64,000 nucleotides of DNA from Squalus acanthias (taxonomy: Eukaryota). The stretch spans positions 186,001-250,000 of the forward strand of contig JASTWF010000353.1 in assembly GCA_030390025.1 (NCBI GenBank), in the 5' to 3' direction. Below the pieces are notes generated by a model. The model was given only the letters and a program-made list of their open reading frames with translations. It did not search any database and was not told where the DNA came from. Positions 1-15,000 of this stretch are shown piece by piece. How positions within the stretch are numbered: the stretch's first letter is position 1; each line of letters starts with the position of its first letter. Position numbers and translations under genes: made by a program.

Positions 1-3000
1 GAGATACTGGGACAGACTGTGAGATACTGGGACAGACTGTGAGATACTGGGACAGACTGTGAGATACTGGGACAGACTGTGAGATACTGGGACAGACTGT
101 GAGATACTGGGACAGACTGTGAGATACTGGGACAGACTGTGAGATACTGGGACAGACTGTGAGATACTGGGACAGACTGTGAGATACTGGGACAGACTGT
201 GAGATACTGGGACAGACTGTGAGATACTGGGACAGACTGTGAGATACTGGGACAGACTGTGAGATACTGGGACAGACTGTGAGATACTGGGACAGACTGT
301 GAGATACTGGGACAGACTGTGAGATACTGGGACAGACTGTGAGATACTGGGACAGACTGTGAGATACTGGGACAGACTGTGAGATACTGGGACAGACTGT
401 GAGATACTGGGACAGACTGTGAGATACTGGGACAGACTGTGAGATACTGGGACAGACTGTGAGATACTGGGACAGACTGTGAGATACTGGGACAGACTGT
501 GAGATACTGGGACAGACTGTGAGATACTGGGACAGACTGTGAGATACTGGGACAGACTGTGAGATACTGGGACAGACTGTGAGATACTGGGACAGACTGT
601 GAGATACTGGGACAGACTGTGAGATACTGGGACAGACTGTGAGATACTGGGACAGACTGTGAGATACTGGGACAGACTGTGAGATACTGGGACAGACTGT
701 GAGATACTGGGACAGACTGTGAGATACTGGGACAGACTGTGAGATACTGGGACAGACTGTGAGATACTGGGACAGACTGTGAGATACTGGGACAGACTGT
801 GAGATACTGGGACAGACTGTGAGATACTGGGACAGACTGTGAGATACTGGGACAGACTGTGAGATACTGGGACAGACTGTGAGATACTGGGACAGACTGT
901 GAGATACTGGGACAGACTGTGAGATACTGGGACAGACTGTGAGATACTGGGACAGACTGTGAGATACTGGGACAGACTGTGAGATACTGGGACAGACTGT
1001 GAGATACTGGGACAGACTGTGAGATACTGGGACAGACTGTGAGATACTGGGACAGACTGTGAGATACTGGGACAGACTGTGAGATACTGGGACAGACTGT
1101 GAGATACTGGGACAGACTGTGAGATACTGGGACAGACTGTGAGATACTGGGACAGACTGTGAGATACTGGGACAGACTGTGAGATACTGGGACAGACTGT
1201 GAGATACTGGGACAGACTGTGAGATACTGGGACAGACTGTGAGATACTGGGACAGACTGTGAGATACTGGGACAGACTGTGAGATACTGGGACAGACTGT
1301 GAGATACTGGGACAGACTGTGAGATACTGGGACAGACTGTGAGATACTGGGACAGACTGTGAGATACTGGGACAGACTGTGAGATACTGGGACAGACTGT
1401 GAGATACTGGGACAGACTGTGAGATACTGGGACAGACTGTGAGATACTGGGACAGACTGTGAGATACTGGGACAGACTGTGAGATACTGGGACAGACTGT
1501 GAGATACTGGGACAGACTGTGAGATACTGGGACAGACTGTGAGATACTGGGACAGACTGTGAGATACTGGGACAGACTGTGAGATACTGGGACAGACTGT
1601 GAGATACTGGGACAGACTGTGAGATACTGGGACAGACTGTGAGATACTGGGACAGACTGTGAGATACTGGGACAGACTGTGAGATACTGGGACAGACTGT
1701 GAGATACTGGGACAGACTGTGAGATACTGGGACAGACTGTGAGATACTGGGACAGACTGTGAGATACTGGGACAGACTGTGAGATACTGGGACAGACTGT
1801 GAGATACTGGGACAGACTGTGAGATACTGGGACAGACTGTGAGATACTGGGACAGACTGTGAGATACTGGGACAGACTGTGAGATACTGGGACAGACTGT
1901 GAGATACTGGGACAGACTGTGAGATACTGGGACAGACTGTGAGATACTGGGACAGACTGTGAGATACTGGGACAGACTGTGAGATACTGGGACAGACTGT
2001 GAGATACTGGGACAGACTGTGAGATACTGGGACAGACTGTGAGATACTGGGACAGACTGTGAGATACTGGGACAGACTGTGAGATACTGGGACAGACTGT
2101 GAGATACTGGGACAGACTGTGAGATACTGGGACAGACTGTGAGATACTGGGACAGACTGTGAGATACTGGGACAGACTGTGAGATACTGGGACAGACTGT
2201 GAGATACTGGGACAGACTGTGAGATACTGGGACAGACTGTGAGATACTGGGACAGACTGTGAGATACTGGGACAGACTGTGAGATACTGGGACAGACTGT
2301 GAGATACTGGGACAGACTGTGAGATACTGGGACAGACTGTGAGATACTGGGACAGACTGTGAGATACTGGGACAGACTGTGAGATACTGGGACAGACTGT
2401 GAGATACTGGGACAGACTGTGAGATACTGGGACAGACTGTGAGATACTGGGACAGACTGTGAGATACTGGGACAGACTGTGAGATACTGGGACAGACTGT
2501 GAGATACTGGGACAGACTGTGAGATACTGGGACAGACTGTGAGATACTGGGACAGACTGTGAGATACTGGGACAGACTGTGAGATACTGGGACAGACTGT
2601 GAGATACTGGGACAGACTGTGAGATACTGGGACAGACTGTGAGATACTGGGACAGACTGTGAGATACTGGGACAGACTGTGAGATACTGGGACAGACTGT
2701 GAGATACTGGGACAGACTGTGAGATACTGGGACAGACTGTGAGATACTGGGACAGACTGTGAGATACTGGGACAGACTGTGAGATACTGGGACAGACTGT
2801 GAGATACTGGGACAGACTGTGAGATACTGGGACAGACTGTGAGATACTGGGACAGACTGTGAGATACTGGGACAGACTGTGAGATACTGGGACAGACTGT
2901 GAGATACTGGGACAGACTGTGAGATACTGGGACAGACTGTGAGATACTGGGACAGACTGTGAGATACTGGGACAGACTGTGAGATACTGGGACAGACTGT

Positions 3001-6000
3001 GAGATACTGGGACAGACTGTGAGATACTGGGACAGACTGTGAGATACTGGGACAGACTGTGAGATACTGGGACAGACTGTGAGATACTGGGACAGACTGT
3101 GAGATACTGGGACAGACTGTGAGATACTGGGACAGACTGTGAGATACTGGGACAGACTGTGAGATACTGGGACAGACTGTGAGATACTGGGACAGACTGT
3201 GAGATACTGGGACAGACTGTGAGATACTGGGACAGACTGTGAGATACTGGGACAGACTGTGAGATACTGGGACAGACTGTGAGATACTGGGACAGACTGT
3301 GAGATACTGGGACAGACTGTGAGATACTGGGACAGACTGTGAGATACTGGGACAGACTGTGAGATACTGGGACAGACTGTGAGATACTGGGACAGACTGT
3401 GAGATACTGGGACAGACTGTGAGATACTGGGACAGACTGTGAGATACTGGGACAGACTGTGAGATACTGGGACAGACTGTGAGATACTGGGACAGACTGT
3501 GAGATACTGGGACAGACTGTGAGATACTGGGACAGACTGTGAGATACTGGGACAGACTGTGAGATACTGGGACAGACTGTGAGATACTGGGACAGACTGT
3601 GAGATACTGGGACAGACTGTGAGATACTGGGACAGACTGTGAGATACTGGGACAGACTGTGAGATACTGGGACAGACTGTGAGATACTGGGACAGACTGT
3701 GAGATACTGGGACAGACTGTGAGATACTGGGACAGACTGTGAGATACTGGGACAGACTGTGAGATACTGGGACAGACTGTGAGATACTGGGACAGACTGT
3801 GAGATACTGGGACAGACTGTGAGATACTGGGACAGACTGTGAGATACTGGGACAGACTGTGAGATACTGGGACAGACTGTGAGATACTGGGACAGACTGT
3901 GAGATACTGGGACAGACTGTGAGATACTGGGACAGACTGTGAGATACTGGGACAGACTGTGAGATACTGGGACAGACTGTGAGATACTGGGACAGACTGT
4001 GAGATACTGGGACAGACTGTGAGATACTGGGACAGACTGTGAGATACTGGGACAGACTGTGAGATACTGGGACAGACTGTGAGATACTGGGACAGACTGT
4101 GAGATACTGGGACAGACTGTGAGATACTGGGACAGACTGTGAGATACTGGGACAGACTGTGAGATACTGGGACAGACTGTGAGATACTGGGACAGACTGT
4201 GAGATACTGGGACAGACTGTGAGATACTGGGACAGACTGTGAGATACTGGGACAGACTGTGAGATACTGGGACAGACTGTGAGATACTGGGACAGACTGT
4301 GAGATACTGGGACAGACTGTGAGATACTGGGACAGACTGTGAGATACTGGGACAGACTGTGAGATACTGGGACAGACTGTGAGATACTGGGACAGACTGT
4401 GAGATACTGGGACAGACTGTGAGATACTGGGACAGACTGTGAGATACTGGGACAGACTGTGAGATACTGGGACAGACTGTGAGATACTGGGACAGACTGT
4501 GAGATACTGGGACAGACTGTGAGATACTGGGACAGACTGTGAGATACTGGGACAGACTGTGAGATACTGGGACAGACTGTGAGATACTGGGACAGACTGT
4601 GAGATACTGGGACAGACTGTGAGATACTGGGACAGACTGTGAGATACTGGGACAGACTGTGAGATACTGGGACAGACTGTGAGATACTGGGACAGACTGT
4701 GAGATACTGGGACAGACTGTGAGATACTGGGACAGACTGTGAGATACTGGGACAGACTGTGAGATACTGGGACAGACTGTGAGATACTGGGACAGACTGT
4801 GAGATACTGGGACAGACTGTGAGATACTGGGACAGACTGTGAGATACTGGGACAGACTGTGAGATACTGGGACAGACTGTGAGATACTGGGACAGACTGT
4901 GAGATACTGGGACAGACTGTGAGATACTGGGACAGACTGTGAGATACTGGGACAGACTGTGAGATACTGGGACAGACTGTGAGATACTGGGACAGACTGT
5001 GAGATACTGGGACAGACTGTGAGATACTGGGACAGACTGTGAGATACTGGGACAGACTGTGAGATACTGGGACAGACTGTGAGATACTGGGACAGACTGT
5101 GAGATACTGGGACAGACTGTGAGATACTGGGACAGACTGTGAGATACTGGGACAGACTGTGAGATACTGGGACAGACTGTGAGATACTGGGACAGACTGT
5201 GAGATACTGGGACAGACTGTGAGATACTGGGACAGACTGTGAGATACTGGGACAGACTGTGAGATACTGGGACAGACTGTGAGATACTGGGACAGACTGT
5301 GAGATACTGGGACAGACTGTGAGATACTGGGACAGACTGTGAGATACTGGGACAGACTGTGAGATACTGGGACAGACTGTGAGATACTGGGACAGACTGT
5401 GAGATACTGGGACAGACTGTGAGATACTGGGACAGACTGTGAGATACTGGGACAGACTGTGAGATACTGGGACAGACTGTGAGATACTGGGACAGACTGT
5501 GAGATACTGGGACAGACTGTGAGATACTGGGACAGACTGTGAGATACTGGGACAGACTGTGAGATACTGGGACAGACTGTGAGATACTGGGACAGACTGT
5601 GAGATACTGGGACAGACTGTGAGATACTGGGACAGACTGTGAGATACTGGGACAGACTGTGAGATACTGGGACAGACTGTGAGATACTGGGACAGACTGT
5701 GAGATACTGGGACAGACTGTGAGATACTGGGACAGACTGTGAGATACTGGGACAGACTGTGAGATACTGGGACAGACTGTGAGATACTGGGACAGACTGT
5801 GAGATACTGGGACAGACTGTGAGATACTGGGACAGACTGTGAGATACTGGGACAGACTGTGAGATACTGGGACAGACTGTGAGATACTGGGACAGACTGT
5901 GAGATACTGGGACAGACTGTGAGATACTGGGACAGACTGTGAGATACTGGGACAGACTGTGAGATACTGGGACAGACTGTGAGATACTGGGACAGACTGT

Positions 6001-9000
6001 GAGATACTGGGACAGACTGTGAGATACTGGGACAGACTGTGAGATACTGGGACAGACTGTGAGATACTGGGACAGACTGTGAGATACTGGGACAGACTGT
6101 GAGATACTGGGACAGACTGTGAGATACTGGGACAGACTGTGAGATACTGGGACAGACTGTGAGATACTGGGACAGACTGTGAGATACTGGGACAGACTGT
6201 GAGATACTGGGACAGACTGTGAGATACTGGGACAGACTGTGAGATACTGGGACAGACTGTGAGATACTGGGACAGACTGTGAGATACTGGGACAGACTGT
6301 GAGATACTGGGACAGACTGTGAGATACTGGGACAGACTGTGAGATACTGGGACAGACTGTGAGATACTGGGACAGACTGTGAGATACTGGGACAGACTGT
6401 GAGATACTGGGACAGACTGTGAGATACTGGGACAGACTGTGAGATACTGGGACAGACTGTGAGATACTGGGACAGACTGTGAGATACTGGGACAGACTGT
6501 GAGATACTGGGACAGACTGTGAGATACTGGGACAGACTGTGAGATACTGGGACAGACTGTGAGATACTGGGACAGACTGTGAGATACTGGGACAGACTGT
6601 GAGATACTGGGACAGACTGTGAGATACTGGGACAGACTGTGAGATACTGGGACAGACTGTGAGATACTGGGACAGACTGTGAGATACTGGGACAGACTGT
6701 GAGATACTGGGACAGACTGTGAGATACTGGGACAGACTGTGAGATACTGGGACAGACTGTGAGATACTGGGACAGACTGTGAGATACTGGGACAGACTGT
6801 GAGATACTGGGACAGACTGTGAGATACTGGGACAGACTGTGAGATACTGGGACAGACTGTGAGATACTGGGACAGACTGTGAGATACTGGGACAGACTGT
6901 GAGATACTGGGACAGACTGTGAGATACTGGGACAGACTGTGAGATACTGGGACAGACTGTGAGATACTGGGACAGACTGTGAGATACTGGGACAGACTGT
7001 GAGATACTGGGACAGACTGTGAGATACTGGGACAGACTGTGAGATACTGGGACAGACTGTGAGATACTGGGACAGACTGTGAGATACTGGGACAGACTGT
7101 GAGATACTGGGACAGACTGTGAGATACTGGGACAGACTGTGAGATACTGGGACAGACTGTGAGATACTGGGACAGACTGTGAGATACTGGGACAGACTGT
7201 GAGATACTGGGACAGACTGTGAGATACTGGGACAGACTGTGAGATACTGGGACAGACTGTGAGATACTGGGACAGACTGTGAGATACTGGGACAGACTGT
7301 GAGATACTGGGACAGACTGTGAGATACTGGGACAGACTGTGAGATACTGGGACAGACTGTGAGATACTGGGACAGACTGTGAGATACTGGGACAGACTGT
7401 GAGATACTGGGACAGACTGTGAGATACTGGGACAGACTGTGAGATACTGGGACAGACTGTGAGATACTGGGACAGACTGTGAGATACTGGGACAGACTGT
7501 GAGATACTGGGACAGACTGTGAGATACTGGGACAGACTGTGAGATACTGGGACAGACTGTGAGATACTGGGACAGACTGTGAGATACTGGGACAGACTGT
7601 GAGATACTGGGACAGACTGTGAGATACTGGGACAGACTGTGAGATACTGGGACAGACTGTGAGATACTGGGACAGACTGTGAGATACTGGGACAGACTGT
7701 GAGATACTGGGACAGACTGTGAGATACTGGGACAGACTGTGAGATACTGGGACAGACTGTGAGATACTGGGACAGACTGTGAGATACTGGGACAGACTGT
7801 GAGATACTGGGACAGACTGTGAGATACTGGGACAGACTGTGAGATACTGGGACAGACTGTGAGATACTGGGACAGACTGTGAGATACTGGGACAGACTGT
7901 GAGATACTGGGACAGACTGTGAGATACTGGGACAGACTGTGAGATACTGGGACAGACTGTGAGATACTGGGACAGACTGTGAGATACTGGGACAGACTGT
8001 GAGATACTGGGACAGACTGTGAGATACTGGGACAGACTGTGAGATACTGGGACAGACTGTGAGATACTGGGACAGACTGTGAGATACTGGGACAGACTGT
8101 GAGATACTGGGACAGACTGTGAGATACTGGGACAGACTGTGAGATACTGGGACAGACTGTGAGATACTGGGACAGACTGTGAGATACTGGGACAGACTGT
8201 GAGATACTGGGACAGACTGTGAGATACTGGGACAGACTGTGAGATACTGGGACAGACTGTGAGATACTGGGACAGACTGTGAGATACTGGGACAGACTGT
8301 GAGATACTGGGACAGACTGTGAGATACTGGGACAGACTGTGAGATACTGGGACAGACTGTGAGATACTGGGACAGACTGTGAGATACTGGGACAGACTGT
8401 GAGATACTGGGACAGACTGTGAGATACTGGGACAGACTGTGAGATACTGGGACAGACTGTGAGATACTGGGACAGACTGTGAGATACTGGGACAGACTGT
8501 GAGATACTGGGACAGACTGTGAGATACTGGGACAGACTGTGAGATACTGGGACAGACTGTGAGATACTGGGACAGACTGTGAGATACTGGGACAGACTGT
8601 GAGATACTGGGACAGACTGTGAGATACTGGGACAGACTGTGAGATACTGGGACAGACTGTGAGATACTGGGACAGACTGTGAGATACTGGGACAGACTGT
8701 GAGATACTGGGACAGACTGTGAGATACTGGGACAGACTGTGAGATACTGGGACAGACTGTGAGATACTGGGACAGACTGTGAGATACTGGGACAGACTGT
8801 GAGATACTGGGACAGACTGTGAGATACTGGGACAGACTGTGAGATACTGGGACAGACTGTGAGATACTGGGACAGACTGTGAGATACTGGGACAGACTGT
8901 GAGATACTGGGACAGACTGTGAGATACTGGGACAGACTGTGAGATACTGGGACAGACTGTGAGATACTGGGACAGACTGTGAGATACTGGGACAGACTGT

Positions 9001-12000
9001 GAGATACTGGGACAGACTGTGAGATACTGGGACAGACTGTGAGATACTGGGACAGACTGTGAGATACTGGGACAGACTGTGAGATACTGGGACAGACTGT
9101 GAGATACTGGGACAGACTGTGAGATACTGGGACAGACTGTGAGATACTGGGACAGACTGTGAGATACTGGGACAGACTGTGAGATACTGGGACAGACTGT
9201 GAGATACTGGGACAGACTGTGAGATACTGGGACAGACTGTGAGATACTGGGACAGACTGTGAGATACTGGGACAGACTGTGAGATACTGGGACAGACTGT
9301 GAGATACTGGGACAGACTGTGAGATACTGGGACAGACTGTGAGATACTGGGACAGACTGTGAGATACTGGGACAGACTGTGAGATACTGGGACAGACTGT
9401 GAGATACTGGGACAGACTGTGAGATACTGGGACAGACTGTGAGATACTGGGACAGACTGTGAGATACTGGGACAGACTGTGAGATACTGGGACAGACTGT
9501 GAGATACTGGGACAGACTGTGAGATACTGGGACAGACTGTGAGATACTGGGACAGACTGTGAGATACTGGGACAGACTGTGAGATACTGGGACAGACTGT
9601 GAGATACTGGGACAGACTGTGAGATACTGGGACAGACTGTGAGATACTGGGACAGACTGTGAGATACTGGGACAGACTGTGAGATACTGGGACAGACTGT
9701 GAGATACTGGGACAGACTGTGAGATACTGGGACAGACTGTGAGATACTGGGACAGACTGTGAGATACTGGGACAGACTGTGAGATACTGGGACAGACTGT
9801 GAGATACTGGGACAGACTGTGAGATACTGGGACAGACTGTGAGATACTGGGACAGACTGTGAGATACTGGGACAGACTGTGAGATACTGGGACAGACTGT
9901 GAGATACTGGGACAGACTGTGAGATACTGGGACAGACTGTGAGATACTGGGACAGACTGTGAGATACTGGGACAGACTGTGAGATACTGGGACAGACTGT
10001 GAGATACTGGGACAGACTGTGAGATACTGGGACAGACTGTGAGATACTGGGACAGACTGTGAGATACTGGGACAGACTGTGAGATACTGGGACAGACTGT
10101 GAGATACTGGGACAGACTGTGAGATACTGGGACAGACTGTGAGATACTGGGACAGACTGTGAGATACTGGGACAGACTGTGAGATACTGGGACAGACTGT
10201 GAGATACTGGGACAGACTGTGAGATACTGGGACAGACTGTGAGATACTGGGACAGACTGTGAGATACTGGGACAGACTGTGAGATACTGGGACAGACTGT
10301 GAGATACTGGGACAGACTGTGAGATACTGGGACAGACTGTGAGATACTGGGACAGACTGTGAGATACTGGGACAGACTGTGAGATACTGGGACAGACTGT
10401 GAGATACTGGGACAGACTGTGAGATACTGGGACAGACTGTGAGATACTGGGACAGACTGTGAGATACTGGGACAGACTGTGAGATACTGGGACAGACTGT
10501 GAGATACTGGGACAGACTGTGAGATACTGGGACAGACTGTGAGATACTGGGACAGACTGTGAGATACTGGGACAGACTGTGAGATACTGGGACAGACTGT
10601 GAGATACTGGGACAGACTGTGAGATACTGGGACAGACTGTGAGATACTGGGACAGACTGTGAGATACTGGGACAGACTGTGAGATACTGGGACAGACTGT
10701 GAGATACTGGGACAGACTGTGAGATACTGGGACAGACTGTGAGATACTGGGACAGACTGTGAGATACTGGGACAGACTGTGAGATACTGGGACAGACTGT
10801 GAGATACTGGGACAGACTGTGAGATACTGGGACAGACTGTGAGATACTGGGACAGACTGTGAGATACTGGGACAGACTGTGAGATACTGGGACAGACTGT
10901 GAGATACTGGGACAGACTGTGAGATACTGGGACAGACTGTGAGATACTGGGACAGACTGTGAGATACTGGGACAGACTGTGAGATACTGGGACAGACTGT
11001 GAGATACTGGGACAGACTGTGAGATACTGGGACAGACTGTGAGATACTGGGACAGACTGTGAGATACTGGGACAGACTGTGAGATACTGGGACAGACTGT
11101 GAGATACTGGGACAGACTGTGAGATACTGGGACAGACTGTGAGATACTGGGACAGACTGTGAGATACTGGGACAGACTGTGAGATACTGGGACAGACTGT
11201 GAGATACTGGGACAGACTGTGAGATACTGGGACAGACTGTGAGATACTGGGACAGACTGTGAGATACTGGGACAGACTGTGAGATACTGGGACAGACTGT
11301 GAGATACTGGGACAGACTGTGAGATACTGGGACAGACTGTGAGATACTGGGACAGACTGTGAGATACTGGGACAGACTGTGAGATACTGGGACAGACTGT
11401 GAGATACTGGGACAGACTGTGAGATACTGGGACAGACTGTGAGATACTGGGACAGACTGTGAGATACTGGGACAGACTGTGAGATACTGGGACAGACTGT
11501 GAGATACTGGGACAGACTGTGAGATACTGGGACAGACTGTGAGATACTGGGACAGACTGTGAGATACTGGGACAGACTGTGAGATACTGGGACAGACTGT
11601 GAGATACTGGGACAGACTGTGAGATACTGGGACAGACTGTGAGATACTGGGACAGACTGTGAGATACTGGGACAGACTGTGAGATACTGGGACAGACTGT
11701 GAGATACTGGGACAGACTGTGAGATACTGGGACAGACTGTGAGATACTGGGACAGACTGTGAGATACTGGGACAGACTGTGAGATACTGGGACAGACTGT
11801 GAGATACTGGGACAGACTGTGAGATACTGGGACAGACTGTGAGATACTGGGACAGACTGTGAGATACTGGGACAGACTGTGAGATACTGGGACAGACTGT
11901 GAGATACTGGGACAGACTGTGAGATACTGGGACAGACTGTGAGATACTGGGACAGACTGTGAGATACTGGGACAGACTGTGAGATACTGGGACAGACTGT

Positions 12001-15000
12001 GAGATACTGGGACAGACTGTGAGATACTGGGACAGACTGTGAGATACTGGGACAGACTGTGAGATACTGGGACAGACTGTGAGATACTGGGACAGACTGT
12101 GAGATACTGGGACAGACTGTGAGATACTGGGACAGACTGTGAGATACTGGGACAGACTGTGAGATACTGGGACAGACTGTGAGATACTGGGACAGACTGT
12201 GAGATACTGGGACAGACTGTGAGATACTGGGACAGACTGTGAGATACTGGGACAGACTGTGAGATACTGGGACAGACTGTGAGATACTGGGACAGACTGT
12301 GAGATACTGGGACAGACTGTGAGATACTGGGACAGACTGTGAGATACTGGGACAGACTGTGAGATACTGGGACAGACTGTGAGATACTGGGACAGACTGT
12401 GAGATACTGGGACAGACTGTGAGATACTGGGACAGACTGTGAGATACTGGGACAGACTGTGAGATACTGGGACAGACTGTGAGATACTGGGACAGACTGT
12501 GAGATACTGGGACAGACTGTGAGATACTGGGACAGACTGTGAGATACTGGGACAGACTGTGAGATACTGGGACAGACTGTGAGATACTGGGACAGACTGT
12601 GAGATACTGGGACAGACTGTGAGATACTGGGACAGACTGTGAGATACTGGGACAGACTGTGAGATACTGGGACAGACTGTGAGATACTGGGACAGACTGT
12701 GAGATACTGGGACAGACTGTGAGATACTGGGACAGACTGTGAGATACTGGGACAGACTGTGAGATACTGGGACAGACTGTGAGATACTGGGACAGACTGT
12801 GAGATACTGGGACAGACTGTGAGATACTGGGACAGACTGTGAGATACTGGGACAGACTGTGAGATACTGGGACAGACTGTGAGATACTGGGACAGACTGT
12901 GAGATACTGGGACAGACTGTGAGATACTGGGACAGACTGTGAGATACTGGGACAGACTGTGAGATACTGGGACAGACTGTGAGATACTGGGACAGACTGT
13001 GAGATACTGGGACAGACTGTGAGATACTGGGACAGACTGTGAGATACTGGGACAGACTGTGAGATACTGGGACAGACTGTGAGATACTGGGACAGACTGT
13101 GAGATACTGGGACAGACTGTGAGATACTGGGACAGACTGTGAGATACTGGGACAGACTGTGAGATACTGGGACAGACTGTGAGATACTGGGACAGACTGT
13201 GAGATACTGGGACAGACTGTGAGATACTGGGACAGACTGTGAGATACTGGGACAGACTGTGAGATACTGGGACAGACTGTGAGATACTGGGACAGACTGT
13301 GAGATACTGGGACAGACTGTGAGATACTGGGACAGACTGTGAGATACTGGGACAGACTGTGAGATACTGGGACAGACTGTGAGATACTGGGACAGACTGT
13401 GAGATACTGGGACAGACTGTGAGATACTGGGACAGACTGTGAGATACTGGGACAGACTGTGAGATACTGGGACAGACTGTGAGATACTGGGACAGACTGT
13501 GAGATACTGGGACAGACTGTGAGATACTGGGACAGACTGTGAGATACTGGGACAGACTGTGAGATACTGGGACAGACTGTGAGATACTGGGACAGACTGT
13601 GAGATACTGGGACAGACTGTGAGATACTGGGACAGACTGTGAGATACTGGGACAGACTGTGAGATACTGGGACAGACTGTGAGATACTGGGACAGACTGT
13701 GAGATACTGGGACAGACTGTGAGATACTGGGACAGACTGTGAGATACTGGGACAGACTGTGAGATACTGGGACAGACTGTGAGATACTGGGACAGACTGT
13801 GAGATACTGGGACAGACTGTGAGATACTGGGACAGACTGTGAGATACTGGGACAGACTGTGAGATACTGGGACAGACTGTGAGATACTGGGACAGACTGT
13901 GAGATACTGGGACAGACTGTGAGATACTGGGACAGACTGTGAGATACTGGGACAGACTGTGAGATACTGGGACAGACTGTGAGATACTGGGACAGACTGT
14001 GAGATACTGGGACAGACTGTGAGATACTGGGACAGACTGTGAGATACTGGGACAGACTGTGAGATACTGGGACAGACTGTGAGATACTGGGACAGACTGT
14101 GAGATACTGGGACAGACTGTGAGATACTGGGACAGACTGTGAGATACTGGGACAGACTGTGAGATACTGGGACAGACTGTGAGATACTGGGACAGACTGT
14201 GAGATACTGGGACAGACTGTGAGATACTGGGACAGACTGTGAGATACTGGGACAGACTGTGAGATACTGGGACAGACTGTGAGATACTGGGACAGACTGT
14301 GAGATACTGGGACAGACTGTGAGATACTGGGACAGACTGTGAGATACTGGGACAGACTGTGAGATACTGGGACAGACTGTGAGATACTGGGACAGACTGT
14401 GAGATACTGGGACAGACTGTGAGATACTGGGACAGACTGTGAGATACTGGGACAGACTGTGAGATACTGGGACAGACTGTGAGATACTGGGACAGACTGT
14501 GAGATACTGGGACAGACTGTGAGATACTGGGACAGACTGTGAGATACTGGGACAGACTGTGAGATACTGGGACAGACTGTGAGATACTGGGACAGACTGT
14601 GAGATACTGGGACAGACTGTGAGATACTGGGACAGACTGTGAGATACTGGGACAGACTGTGAGATACTGGGACAGACTGTGAGATACTGGGACAGACTGT
14701 GAGATACTGGGACAGACTGTGAGATACTGGGACAGACTGTGAGATACTGGGACAGACTGTGAGATACTGGGACAGACTGTGAGATACTGGGACAGACTGT
14801 GAGATACTGGGACAGACTGTGAGATACTGGGACAGACTGTGAGATACTGGGACAGACTGTGAGATACTGGGACAGACTGTGAGATACTGGGACAGACTGT
14901 GAGATACTGGGACAGACTGTGAGATACTGGGACAGACTGTGAGATACTGGGACAGACTGTGAGATACTGGGACAGACTGTGAGATACTGGGACAGACTGT